Below are positions 1-9,861 of a stretch of 64,000 nt of DNA, piece by piece (within the stretch, counting starts at the first letter, position 1; each line of letters opens with the position of its first letter). A program made the translations under genes and the position numbers. Where the stretch lies: NCBI GenBank assembly GCA_963741205.1, contig CAVUHW010000031.1:1-64000 (forward strand). Reading direction: 5' to 3'. The DNA comes from Nitrospirota bacterium. Lineage in GTDB: Bacteria; Nitrospirota; UBA9217. Under the pieces are notes generated by a model, which had not been told where the DNA came from, searched no databases, and was given only the letters and a program-made list of their open reading frames with translations.

Positions 1-45
1 CTTGCGGGAAACTCTGAACTGTCTTCTTCCTTCCACACCCTTTTT

Positions 46-1651
46 TCAATCTCCCTCAACAAATCCCCGAACGTAGCCGGATTGATCGCCGAGCAGACCA
101 CGCCGCCGAATCTGACTGCAATGGCCTTTGCCCAGAGCGGGTTCACGAGATCGACCTTGTTGAACACGACGAGCTGGGGGATGTCGTTCAAGGCCGATCT
201 CCGGCAGGAGGTTATTGACCGATTCCATCTGCTGCTCGAAGCGCGGGATTGCTGATGTCCACCACGTGAAGGATCAGGTCCGCGTCCTGCATCTCGTCCA
301 GGGTCGCGCGGAAGGCGCCCAGCAGGTCTTTCGGCAGGTCCTTGATGAATCCCACGGTATCGGTAATGACCACCTCGCGGTCGCGCGGGAAGCGGAGCCT
401 CCGCGTGGCCGTGTCGAGCGTGGCAAAGAGCAGGTTTTCCGCCTTGACCTCCGACTTGCGTGAGCGCGTTGAAGAGCGTGGACTTGCCCGCGTTCGTGTA
501 GCCCGCGATCGAGACGATGGGGATCTCGCTCTTGACGCGCCGTTCCCGCCGCTGGTCCCTGGCTTTTCCGAGGGCGTCGAGCTGTTTTTCCAGCCTCCGG
601 ATCTTGTCCCGCGCGCGGCGCATATCGACCTCGAGCCGGGTCTCGCCCGGGCCCCTGCCGCCGATGCCGCCGGTGAGGCGCGAGAGCGCCGTCGAACGCT
701 CCGATAAGTCGGGGCAGGCGGTACTTGAGCTGGGCAAGCTCCACCTGCACCTTGCCGTCGCCGCTGTGGGCCCGCCGCGCGAAGATGTCGAGGATGAGCT
801 GGGTGCGGTCGATGACCCGCATCTCGGTGATGTCGCCGATGGCCTTGACCTGGGCGGGGGTCAGGTTCTGGTCGAAGACGATGAGGTCGGCGCCGAGCTG
901 CTGGGAGCGGATGATGAGCTCCTTGAGCTTTCCCTCACCCGAGAAGGTATTTCGGATTGATGTCGTGCAGCCGCTGGATCACCGTGTCCAGGACCGTGAT
1001 GCCGTCGGAGCGGGCGAGTTCCTTGAGCTCCTCGACGGACTCTTCCTGTTCGTGTCTGCTCTTTTTCGACACGCTGACGAGGATGGCCCGGTCCTTTTTC
1101 GCGACCTCGACGGCGGCCTGCGCCCGCTCCATCTGGCGCTCGATGTCGGCGATGAATTCCGCCGCGTCCATGTCGAGGCCGTGAACGGACTGCGGCGGCA
1201 GGACCTCATAGAGTTTTTCTTCGGGGTTCGGCGGAACGAGGTGGGCGATCGAGATGTTCCCGGGCAGTCCGTCGGGCCGCGCGGCAAGCGCGGCGATCAT
1301 GTCCAGCCTGAGGAGCGCCAGGTCCGTGAGGTCTTCCTGGTTCAGCGGCTGGTCCTTCAGGTGGGTGTGGATGAAGCGGACGCCGCGGAGCCGCCTGCGC
1401 CGAGCCGGTGCTCCGAAAGATCGGGGATGAGGATGTCCTTGTTCGTGCCGACGAGCACGTTCCGGACGCTGCCGGAGCGGTCGATGATGAGGCCGACCTG
1501 CCTCCCGATCCCGCGCCGAGGCTTCGGAAAGGGCGCGGGCGGCCTCGGGGGTGATGACCGTGTCGGGCGGCATCTTCCTGCGGTAGAGCCGTTCGAGCAT
1601 CTTCATTTCTGCAGGTTTGAGGCCGGTTATGTTGCCGTGAATAGTGGAGAT
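46..1651 (-). CDS. hflX: GTPase HflX, long N-terminal form; split by indels
   Basis: Fragments [63 protein letters not shown] across ORFs 935..1741, 274..822 and 46..228. Confidence 0.9.
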
Positions 1652-1700
1652 GGGTGACTCCTTTGCGATAACTCTTACTATATTTACCACGGCAACGAAT

Positions 1701-1736
1701 AAAAAAAACAGCGCAGGCCTGAACTCCTGCGCTGTC
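1701..1736 (-). terminator. Intrinsic terminator
   Basis: On minus strand ACAGCGCAGG-loop-CCTGCGCTG followed by T8. Confidence 0.75.
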
Positions 1737-1767
1737 ATCATTGTATCACATCGGTAAAACGGGGTCG

Positions 1768-2276
1768 CTACTTTACCAGGTACACGATATCGTGCTCCCG
1801 CGCATGGTCCTTTACCTTGATGCCGACGCTTTGACCGGCCGCGGCCTGGTCGACGTGCTGGTGCTCATACTCCATGGACTCGACGGTTTGGGTGAAGTCC
1901 GTGGAATGGCCTTTGATGCGGATGGTGTCCCCGGTCTTGAGCTCTGCCCTTGTTGATCTGGACCACGGCGACGTTCAGATGGCTGTAATAGTGCGTCACC
2001 GTGCCGATGGCGACTTCGTTCGTAGCCGGCTCTTCCAGCGGAGGGAGCTGGCGTGGAGGCGGCCCCGGCTCAACGATGAGCGGTTGGGGAGGCACTTCCT
2101 GTTTGCGGGAGGGCCCGCTTTTTTCGCGGCCTTTTTTATTGCGGGTTTCTTCACTATTTTTTTCTTGAGCGCTTTCTTTTTTACGACCTTCTTTTTCACG
2201 GCTTTTTTCCGGGAGGCGATTTTTTCGCGAGGTTCTTCTTTTTTGCGGGTTTCCGGGAAGCTGCTTTCTTCGGCAT
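1768..2276 (-). CDS. Lys/Ala-rich N-terminal tail plus small beta-barrel domain (translation elongation factor-like / U32 C-terminal-like); frameshifted
   Basis: RBS GAAGGAGG, then MPKKAASRKPAKKK...KKAVKKKVVKKKALKKK; C-terminus IGTVTHYYSHLNVAVV...IKGHSTDFTQTVESMEYEH...HDIVYLVK*. Confidence 0.7.
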
Positions 2277-2519
2277 GAGAAACCTCCTTCATCTGGTTGT
2301 GAAAATTGTAACAAAAACCGGGCAAAAAGCAAGCCGAAAAGACATATCCTGTCAGTATGATGAAATACGGTCGTTCCGCCATGGTAAAGAAAAAATGTTC
2401 CTGCCGATAAGAAGGATAAGTTTCCCAGGGAGGCGAACATTGCTGATCATGCGCGGTTAATAGAGAAAATAGTCAATTTAATAAATTGGAGCCGACCGCT
2501 AGCTTCAACATATGATTGC

Positions 2520-2548
2520 TTGACAGACTACTATAAATATGGAATAAT
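2520..2548 (+). promoter_or_regulatory. sigma70-like promoter upstream of the FadL-like gene
   Basis: TTGACA-17 nt-AATAAT with extended -10 TG; a second TTGACA at 2579. Confidence 0.5.
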
Positions 2549-2632
2549 CGCCCGGACTAGTTATCGAGTATCGAAACATTGACATAATAGGGATTAAGGG
2601 TAAAAACCATATTAGAGGGGAGGAGGAACAGT

Positions 2633-4089
2633 ATGAAAAAATGTCTTTCTGTAGCACTGTCCGTGTTGTTCGTAAGCGTAGTATCGGTATTCATGGCTTC
2701 GACATCTGTGTATGCGACCGACGGTATGAATCTTGAGGGGTACGGCCCGATCGCGACCGGCATGGGCGGCGCATCCATGGCCTATGACAACGGGACGGCG
2801 GCGATGATGAACAACCCCGCGACGCTCGGCCTGATGCCGCAGGGAAACCGGCTCGACGTGGCGCTCGGGTATCTCGGCCCCCATATCACGGCGTCAGCGC
2901 CGGGCCAGCCCGATGCGAAGTCATCGCGCTACGATACCTTCTTAGATGCCGGCCATTGGATGGGTCCAGAAGTCCGGCCCCTATTCCTATGGCGTCGGCG
3001 TGTTTGCGCAGGGCGGTATGGGGCGGAATATGATGCGAACTCCTTCCTGGCAGCGGGATCGGGCGAGAAGGTCCGCTCCGAGCTGGGCGTCGGCCGACTG
3101 CTCATCCCGTTTGCCTATGAGGTCAACAAGAATTTAAGCCTGGGCGCTACCGTTGATTACGTCTGGGCCACTTTGGATCTGAAGATGGCGCTGACCGGCG
3201 CTCAGTTTCTGTGATATGGCTGGCGTTCGGCGGCTCACAGACGTACGGTCCGTGTCAAGCGGCTCATGGTCAATAGTCATTGGAGGCGCTGTCCCAGGCA
3301 CGGCGGCAGCGTCACCAGCGTCCGGTGAACTGGGCGCGCTTTGATTTTTCCGATCAGCAGCTCTTTTACGGGAGCGGCAAAGGGTACCGGTTTTGCCGGA
3401 AAGATCGGCGGTGTATACAAAGTAAATGATGCCTTTCGCCTCGGCGCTACCTATCACAGCAAAACCGCCCTTGGCGATCTTGAAGCGAATGGCGCAACGT
3501 TGTCAATGAATGTTGCACGGTCCGGCCGACGGCGAGGACAGCCGACCAGCCACGATCCCGGTCAACGGCAAGATCCAGGTCAAGGATTTCCAGTGGCCGC
3601 AGACGATCGGAGTTGGCGTCGCCTATCAGGCAACGGACAAGTTGATGATCGTGTTCGACTACAAGTGGATCAACTGGGCAGACGTGATGAAGAACTTCAA
3701 GCTGACCTTTACGGCTGATGCAGCACCAGGCCGCTGCACTGGCTCAGGGTTTCGGCGGACAGTCCTTGACGCAACCCTGTTCCAGAACTGGAAGGACCAG
3801 AATGTGTTCGAGATCGGCGCGGGATATAAATTCACGCCCGAATTTACGGGGCGCATCGGCTTGAACATCGCCAACAATCCGATTCCCGATCAGTTCATGA
3901 ACCCGCTGTTCCCGGCCATCGAAAAGAACCATGTGACCGTGGGCGCGGGCTACATGATCAGCAAGGCATCGAGCGTGGACGCCTCGTTCACCTATGCGCC
4001 GGAAGTGAAAGCCGACCAATCGGCCAGCAAGGTGCACGGTGGCGCACAGCCAGACCAACGCGCAGGTCATGTACAGCTACCGGTTCTAA
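2633..4089 (+). CDS. OmpP1/FadL-family outer-membrane transporter; frameshifted
   Basis: Signal peptide, hatch motif TDGMNLEGYGPIATGMGGASMA...NNPATL, C-terminal ...YSYRF*. Confidence 0.85.
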
Positions 4090-4118
4090 GTCAATGAAAC
4101 AACAATGAAGACGAAAAG

Positions 4119-4150
4119 AGGGCTATGGGAAACTGTAGCCCTTTTTTTTT
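4119..4150 (+). terminator. Intrinsic terminator
   Basis: AGGGCTA-loop-TAGCCCT followed by a long T run. Confidence 0.75.
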
Positions 4151-4168
4151 CTCGAAAAGGGAGGTCCT

Positions 4169-5080
4169 ATGAAACTCAGGTTGAGAATGCTGTCACTGGC
4201 ATTATTGTTGGCAATCTTATCAGCAGGCACGGCCCTCGCCGATGATGTGCTGCTCAAGCCCTTTGTACTCGGGTCCCGCGGCCCCGGTTCGGTCGCGGAA
4301 AAAGCGGCAGCGGTCAAGACGGCCCTCACGGCGCAAGGATTCTCCGTCGTCGGGGAATACTCGCCGTATCCTGATGCCGACGTCATCGTGGCGACGAATG
4401 ATGAGCTGCAAAGCAATGCGTCGAAGTCCGAGCACGGCGGGTTCGGCGCCGCGGTCCGCGTCTCGGTCACGAAGGTCAAGGACGAAGTGCAGGTGGCGTA
4501 CACGAACCCCGTCTACATGGCCAATGCGTACCGCATGCAGGGCGATCTGGCGGACGTCTCGGCAAAGCTTGCGGCAGCGCTGGGCAGGAAAGAGGAATTC
4601 GGCGCGAAGGGCCTGACGGCCAAGAAACTCCGTTCCTACCATTATATGATGGGCATGGAATATTTTACCGACCCGAGCGTCCTTGCGGAATACGGCAGCT
4701 TTGAAGAGGCGGCTGCTGCCGTAGAAGCCGGTCTTGCAGCGGGGAAGGGCGGCGTGACGAAGGTGTACCGGATCGACATCCCGGAAAAGAAAGAGGCGGT
4801 GTTCGGCGTTGCCATGAAGGCAGCGACCGATGCAGACAAGTACATGGATGATAAATTCATCATGAGCGAAATCGATTTCAGGGACATCAAATCCACCGCG
4901 CACCTGCCCTATGAAATGCTCGTATCGGGAAACAAGGTCTACGCCCTCTACGCGCGGTTCCGCATCGCCACCAGTTTCCCGGACCTGTCCATGATGGGCA
5001 AGAACAGCTTCATGAACATCATGAAGAGTCCCGAGGCGATCCGCAAAGCCCTGGCCCAGGCCGCGGGAGGCAAGCTCTAA
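4169..5080 (+). CDS. Exported protein of unknown function (303 aa)
   Basis: RBS GGGAGG, signal peptide ending ALA-D, intact ORF. Confidence 0.8.
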   Translation: MKLRLRMLSLALLLAILSAGTALADDVLLKPFVLGSRGPGSVAEKAAAVKTALTAQGFSVVGEYSPYPDADVIVATNDELQSNASKSEHGGFGAAVRVSVTKVKDEVQVAYTNPVYMANAYRMQGDLADVSAKLAAALGRKEEFGAKGLTAKKLRSYHYMMGMEYFTDPSVLAEYGSFEEAAAAVEAGLAAGKGGVTKVYRIDIPEKKEAVFGVAMKAATDADKYMDDKFIMSEIDFRDIKSTAHLPYEMLVSGNKVYALYARFRIATSFPDLSMMGKNSFMNIMKSPEAIRKALAQAAGGKL

Positions 5081-5113
5081 GAAGACCGTTCTTAAAGCCG
5101 CACTCGTCCATTC

Positions 5114-5188
5114 TGTCATTCCGGGCTTGACCCGGAATCCATTGGCTTCGAGAAACAAAAATGGATTCCTGCTTCCGCAGGAATGACA
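5114..5188. repeat. Palindromic intergenic element, family A (GTCATTCC...GGAATGAC), empty form
   Basis: TGTCATTCCGGGCTTGACCCGGAATCCATT...ATGGATTCCTGCTTCCGCAGGAATGACA; near-identical copy at 38680. Confidence 0.85.
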
Positions 5189-5221
5189 AATGGAGAAGCT
5201 TTGCTACTGTAACTACATGGT

Positions 5222-5257
5222 AAAACCTCCTCCCTGATAAGGCGAGGAGGTTTTTTT
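5222..5257 (+). terminator. Intrinsic terminator
   Basis: AAAACCTCCTC-loop-GAGGAGG followed by T7. Confidence 0.65.
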
Positions 5258-5332
5258 GTGAGACCTGCCGCCCGCCGTTTCGCTGTTGACTGCATGCAGC
5301 GGATGGATTATGATTGACGGCACACGGTTGAC

Positions 5333-6358
5333 ATGAAAATTCTCATCGTAAAACTTTCCGCCATCGGCGACGTGGCGCAGACACTGCCCGCTCTTGAGGC
5401 GCTCAAGCAAATCCATCCCGACAGCGAAATCACCTGGGTCGTCGAAGAGGCGGCGGCGGGCATCCTCGAAGGACATCCTCTGATTGACCGACTGCTGGTT
5501 TCCCGCAGGAAGGCGTGGCTCGGGATGCTGCTGAACCCGCTCACCTTTGCACGGGGCCTCGGGGGCATGGTCCGGTTCATTCGCGAGCTTCGCCGCACCC
5601 GGTATGACATCGCCATAGATTTCCAGGGGCTGCTGAAAAGCGGGATCGTGATCGGCCTGGCAAGGGCGGGCCGGAAGATCGGCTTCGACCGGACGCGGGA
5701 GTTTTCCTACCTTTTCCTGAATGAGCGCCTGCCGGCTTATGATAGAGAGCGGCATGCCCTCGATCGGTATCTCGACGTTGCGCGCTATCTCGGCGCGAAG
5801 GACCCGTCCCCGATGTGCGCCTTACCGCTTGATCAGGAGCGGTCGGCCGTGGCGAAACGGATCGAGGGGATCAGGGCCGCGGGACGGCCGCTCGTGGCCG
5901 TGAACCCGGTCGCCCGCTGGAAGACGAAGCTCTGGCAGGAGAGGAAGTTTGCCGAGTTGGCGGACCGCCTGATACGGGAAAAAAGCGCTGTCGTGATTTT
6001 CACGGGAAGTCCCGATGACCGGCCGGTCATCGGGCGGATACTGTCGATGATGCGTGAAAAGGCCCTGAACTGGGCGGGGGAGACTTCACTCAAAGAGCTG
6101 GCCGCCCTTGCGTCCCTCTCCGATCTGTTCATCACGACCGATACGGGCCCCATGCATCTTGCCGCGGCCGCGGGCGCTACGGTCCTTGCGCTCTTCGGCC
6201 CGACGGCGCCGTGGCGGACAGGGCCCTACGGCCCGTCGAATATCATTGTCCGAACAGGCGTGGACTGCTCGCCCTGCTTCCAGCGGAAATGCGGCAGGGA
6301 CATCGTATGCATGTCGGGCATAAACGTTGAGGACGTGATGCGGAAGGTCCCTCTCTAG
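5333..6358 (+). CDS. LPS heptosyltransferase (GT9, WaaC/WaaF-like)
   Basis: MKILIVKLSAIGDV, DFQGLLKS, TKLW, DTGPMHLAAA, LFGPT. Confidence 0.9.
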   Translation: MKILIVKLSAIGDVAQTLPALEALKQIHPDSEITWVVEEAAAGILEGHPLIDRLLVSRRKAWLGMLLNPLTFARGLGGMVRFIRELRRTRYDIAIDFQGLLKSGIVIGLARAGRKIGFDRTREFSYLFLNERLPAYDRERHALDRYLDVARYLGAKDPSPMCALPLDQERSAVAKRIEGIRAAGRPLVAVNPVARWKTKLWQERKFAELADRLIREKSAVVIFTGSPDDRPVIGRILSMMREKALNWAGETSLKELAALASLSDLFITTDTGPMHLAAAAGATVLALFGPTAPWRTGPYGPSNIIVRTGVDCSPCFQRKCGRDIVCMSGINVEDVMRKVPL

Positions 6359-6804
6359 CCCGCGGCCAGTGCAGCGGTTTGCTCGATGTACTTCACAATC
6401 TGGTCGAGTTCCAGGCGGCGGTCGTCAAGGGCCCAGAAGAAGAAGTCGTCGACGGACTTGAAGGGGCCGTACGCCGCCCGGTGCGAGGCAATGACGTCAG
6501 CGGAGGCCTGGTCGGTCACGATCTGGTTTGCGGAAACCAGTTGGTCCAGTGCCTGGGGGAAGGCGGCATACCAGGCCGCATAGCCTTTGACCTTGGTTTT
6601 GCCGATGCGGTCTTTGATCATGTCCAGTACAAAGCGATAGAGCGCGGTCTGGTCGGTCATCGTGTGCTGGGGGTCGATCAAGAACGAGTGCATGCCGATG
6701 GCCTGGGTTATTTCCGCGTAACGCCCCTTCTTGAACAGCTCTTCCACGTACGTCTTGAGTTTTTCCATTTTTTCAATGCTTCCCACCCGTACGAGTTCCG
6801 GCAT
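6355..6804 (-). CDS. Hypothetical protein (149 aa)
   Basis: RBS AAGGAGG upstream of ATG, intact ORF, stop overlaps that of the convergent gene. Confidence 0.7.
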   Translation of the reverse strand: MPELVRVGSIEKMEKLKTYVEELFKKGRYAEITQAIGMHSFLIDPQHTMTDQTALYRFVLDMIKDRIGKTKVKGYAAWYAAFPQALDQLVSANQIVTDQASADVIASHRAAYGPFKSVDDFFFWALDDRRLELDQIVKYIEQTAALAAG

Positions 6805-7105
6805 TACAAATTACCTCCTTGGTATCGGCAGACGGATATCACAATCATGGTTGATGATTTTATAGCAACTCCGGCACTGAGGCAAGAAGAATTTCACGCC
6901 GCCAATACCGCAGATACGGGTGCAACTGGCAGCCGCTCCCTTGAGAGTGCGATATTCCCGGTCCGCTGGAGCGAACAGCCTTCCGCGCGTGCAGATCAAT
7001 AGCGTTCCGACCAGTCGGAACGGCTGCCTCGTAGCTCAAACATTACCCGCTATTTCATTGTTTTCTTGAAAAAGTATTCTGATTCAGGTAAAGTCGGTAC
7101 TACCC

Positions 7106-8336
7106 ATGACTGGAAACGAAACGAAACCAGCGGGCTGGAGCAGGGGCCTTACCAGAAACGTCGTTATCCTCGGCTTCGTCAGCCTGCTGAACGACGGCGC
7201 ATCGGAGATGATCTATCCGCTCCTGCCCGTCGTTTCTCACCGCCGTGCTCGGCGCGGGCCCGGCCGCCCTCGGGATCATCGAAGGCATCGCCGAGGCCAC
7301 GGCATCGCTTCTCAAACTGTATTCCGGCTACCTCTCGGACCGGGTGAAACGCCGCAAGGGCTGGATCGTCGCCGGTTATTCCATATCGAACGTAATCCGC
7401 CCGCTCATCGCCTTTTCCACTTCGTGGCTCCACGTGCTCGTGCTTCGTTTTTCGGACCGCGTGGGCAAGGGGCTCCGCACCTCGCCCCGCGACGCGATCA
7501 TCGCGGATTCGACGCCGCCGGAGTTCCGGGGAAAGGCCTACGGATTTCACCGGGCCATGGACCACAGCGGCGCCATCGTCGGGCCGCTGGCCGCGACTGC
7601 ACTGCTGCTGGTATTTCACGACAACCTCAAGACCATATTTCTTCTCTCGTTCATCCCGGGGTTGCTCGCTGTGCTGCATGCTTCTCGTCGGCCTCAGGGA
7701 AAAGCCGTCTGAAGGCCCCCGTGACCGCGCCGGCAACGTTCAATTTCCGGTCCGCCTGGGCGGAGATGCCCGCCGGGTTCAGGAAATATCTTTTTATCAT
7801 CCTGGTGTTCACGCTGGGGAACTCAACGGACGCGTTTCTGCTTCTCCGCGCCCAGCAGCTCGGCGTTTCCGTTACGCTCCTGCCCACGATCTGGGTAGTG
7901 CTCCACATCGTCAAAATGGGTTTCTCGGTCCCGGGAGGAATCATCTCCGACCGCATCGGCAGGAAAAAAGTGATCGTCACGGGCTGGCTGGTCTATGCGC
8001 TCGTGTACGCGGGATTCGGCGTTGCGTCCGCAGCACTGGCATGCCTGGGCGCTCTTCGCGGTGTACGGCATTTATTTCGGTCTGACCGAGGGCGTTGAAA
8101 AGGCGCTCGTGGCTGATTTCGCGCCCGCGCATCTGCGCGGTTCGTCCTTCGGCCTGTACCACCTGATCGTCGGCGTCGGCGCGTTTCCTGCATCGCTTCT
8201 CTTCGGCCTGGTCTGGCAGAGGTTCGGATCGGCCGCGGCATTCGGCATGGGCGCGGGACTGGCGCTCGCTGGCAAGCGTGATGCTTTCGGGGCTTGCGGT
8301 CAAGAAACCGGAAGCAGAACGACAACTGAGATATAA
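7106..8336 (+). CDS. MFS transporter; frameshifted
   Basis: NVVILGFVSLLNDGASEMIYPLLP, SDRVGKGLRTSPRDAII, GKAYGFHRAMDH, SDRIGRK. Confidence 0.88.
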
Positions 8337-8364
8337 TTTGAAATCCGAATTATGCGAAATTCAA

Positions 8365-8490
8365 GTCATTCCCGAAGATTTATCAAGCCATCCCTCTGTA
8401 AGCTGTTGAGCTCAGGATGGGAATCTGGATTATTGCGAATGAGGTTTCAGTGAACGCATCCCGGATCTGACTGCACTTGAAGGGATGACG
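8365..8490. repeat. Degenerate family A palindromic element
   Basis: GTCATTCCC...GGGAATC...GGGATGAC ends. Confidence 0.5.
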
Positions 8491-8519
8491 AACTTGAAGA
8501 ATGAAAGAGAGGTGATATC

Positions 8520-9119
8520 ATGTCAACCTATACCGTAGCAATCAGCGGCGCCTCCGGCGCACCCTATGCCTTCAGGCTGCTTCAGGCGCTCATCAAAGGC
8601 GGGCACACCATCTATCTCTCGATTTCAGGAGACGGTCTGTCAATCCTGAACGATGAAACCGGCCTGATGCTCAAGGGTTCGGAGACCGACATTCAGTTTG
8701 CGCTCGAGAAGCACCTCGAGGCGAAGGAAGGGCAGATCAGCTACTTTGATGAAGACAATATGTACGCGCCGATCGCGAGCGGTTCGGTCAAGGTGGATGC
8801 CATGGTCGTGATCCCCTGCTCCATGAAGACGCTGGCGGCCATTGCGCATGGCTTCGCATCGAACCTCATTGAGCGGGCCGCCGACGTGATGATCAAGGAA
8901 AAGAGGAAGCTCATCATCGTGCCGCGCGAGACGCCGCTTTCCGCCATCCATCTCAGAAACATGCTGACGCTTGCAGAATCGGGATGCCACATCATCCCGG
9001 CCATGCCGGCATTCTATCATCATCCCAAACAGATTTCGGACATGGTGGACTTCATCGCGGGAAGGGTGCTGGACAGCATGGGGATCGAGAACGATTTGTC
9101 GCCAAGATGGGGGATATGA
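8520..9119 (+). CDS. ubiX: Flavin prenyltransferase UbiX
   Basis: ISGASGAPY, IASGS, PCSMKTL, NLIERAADV, PRETP, PAFYH. Confidence 0.93.
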   Translation: MSTYTVAISGASGAPYAFRLLQALIKGGHTIYLSISGDGLSILNDETGLMLKGSETDIQFALEKHLEAKEGQISYFDEDNMYAPIASGSVKVDAMVVIPCSMKTLAAIAHGFASNLIERAADVMIKEKRKLIIVPRETPLSAIHLRNMLTLAESGCHIIPAMPAFYHHPKQISDMVDFIAGRVLDSMGIENDLSPRWGI

Positions 9120-9120
9120 G

Positions 9121-9240
9121 GCAAATTTCGAAATTCGAAATTGCGAATTCCAAATAATGTCCAAATTCTAAATTCCAATTTCTGAAACGTTTGGAATTGT
9201 CATTTGGTGCTTGGAATTTATTTGAATTTGCATTTGACGA
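9121..9240. repeat. Inverted heptamer tandem array, family B (AAATTCC-like / GGAATTT-like)
   Basis: 7-nt periodic left arm with a complementary right arm. Confidence 0.75.
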
Positions 9241-9265
9241 TTAGCGATCTGTACCGAATATAACG

Positions 9266-9724
9266 TTAGGCGTTATATTCGGTCCCGCCCCCGCTCTCGC
9301 CGAGGTTCTTCATCCACGTGTCGATCATCGTCGAGTCCTGCTTGTTGATCACTTCTTCTTCCACAAACACGGGCGCCCCGATGCGGATGGCGATCGCGAT
9401 GGCGTCGCTCGGACGGGAATCGATGTGGAATTCCTTGTTGTTGTGGAGGAGGTAGAGCGAGGCGTAGAAGGTGTTGTCGATCAGGTCGCTGATGACCACC
9501 CGGGCGATCTCGATCTCCAGCCGGTCGAAGATGCTGACGATCAGGTCGTGGGTGAGGGGACGGGCGGCCTTGACGTTGCTCATGGCCATGGCTATGGAGT
9601 TGCCTTCCGCGGCCCCGATCCAGATGGGAAGGATCTTCTTGCCGCTTTCATCCTTCAATACGACGATGTAACTGCTGTTCCTGTTGTCGAACAGGATGGT
9701 ATTGACGTTCATCTGAACCCACAT
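9266..9724 (-). CDS. Bifunctional nuclease family protein (DUF151)
   Basis: LPIWIGAAE, RPLTHDL, IDSRPSDAIAIA. Confidence 0.92.
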   Translation of the reverse strand: MWVQMNVNTILFDNRNSSYIVVLKDESGKKILPIWIGAAEGNSIAMAMSNVKAARPLTHDLIVSIFDRLEIEIARVVISDLIDNTFYASLYLLHNNKEFHIDSRPSDAIAIAIRIGAPVFVEEEVINKQDSTMIDTWMKNLGESGGGTEYNA

Positions 9725-9790
9725 ACCGGCTCCCTGCTTCCAATTTAACAATACCACACCGATCGAAGGTTAAGTAAAGGGATTATTTTA

Positions 9791-9819
9791 TTGACTTTTT
9801 TCAAGAGATACGATATACT
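9791..9819 (+). promoter_or_regulatory. sigma70 promoter of argS
   Basis: TTGACT-17 nt-TATACT. Confidence 0.7.
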
Positions 9820-9861
9820 TTCAACTTGTAACCCAGCTGAGAGGATAACGCTGAATAATCG

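Noticed and set aside
3212-3214. Other internal TGA codons (FadL-like gene, argS) as selenocysteine
   Set aside because: They coincide with frame changes and do not sit in Cys-type motifs.
6811-7060. Riboswitch or sRNA in the divergent intergenic region (hairpin GTTCCGA/TCGGAAC near 7004-7021)
   Set aside because: Only one short stem; no riboswitch consensus recognised.
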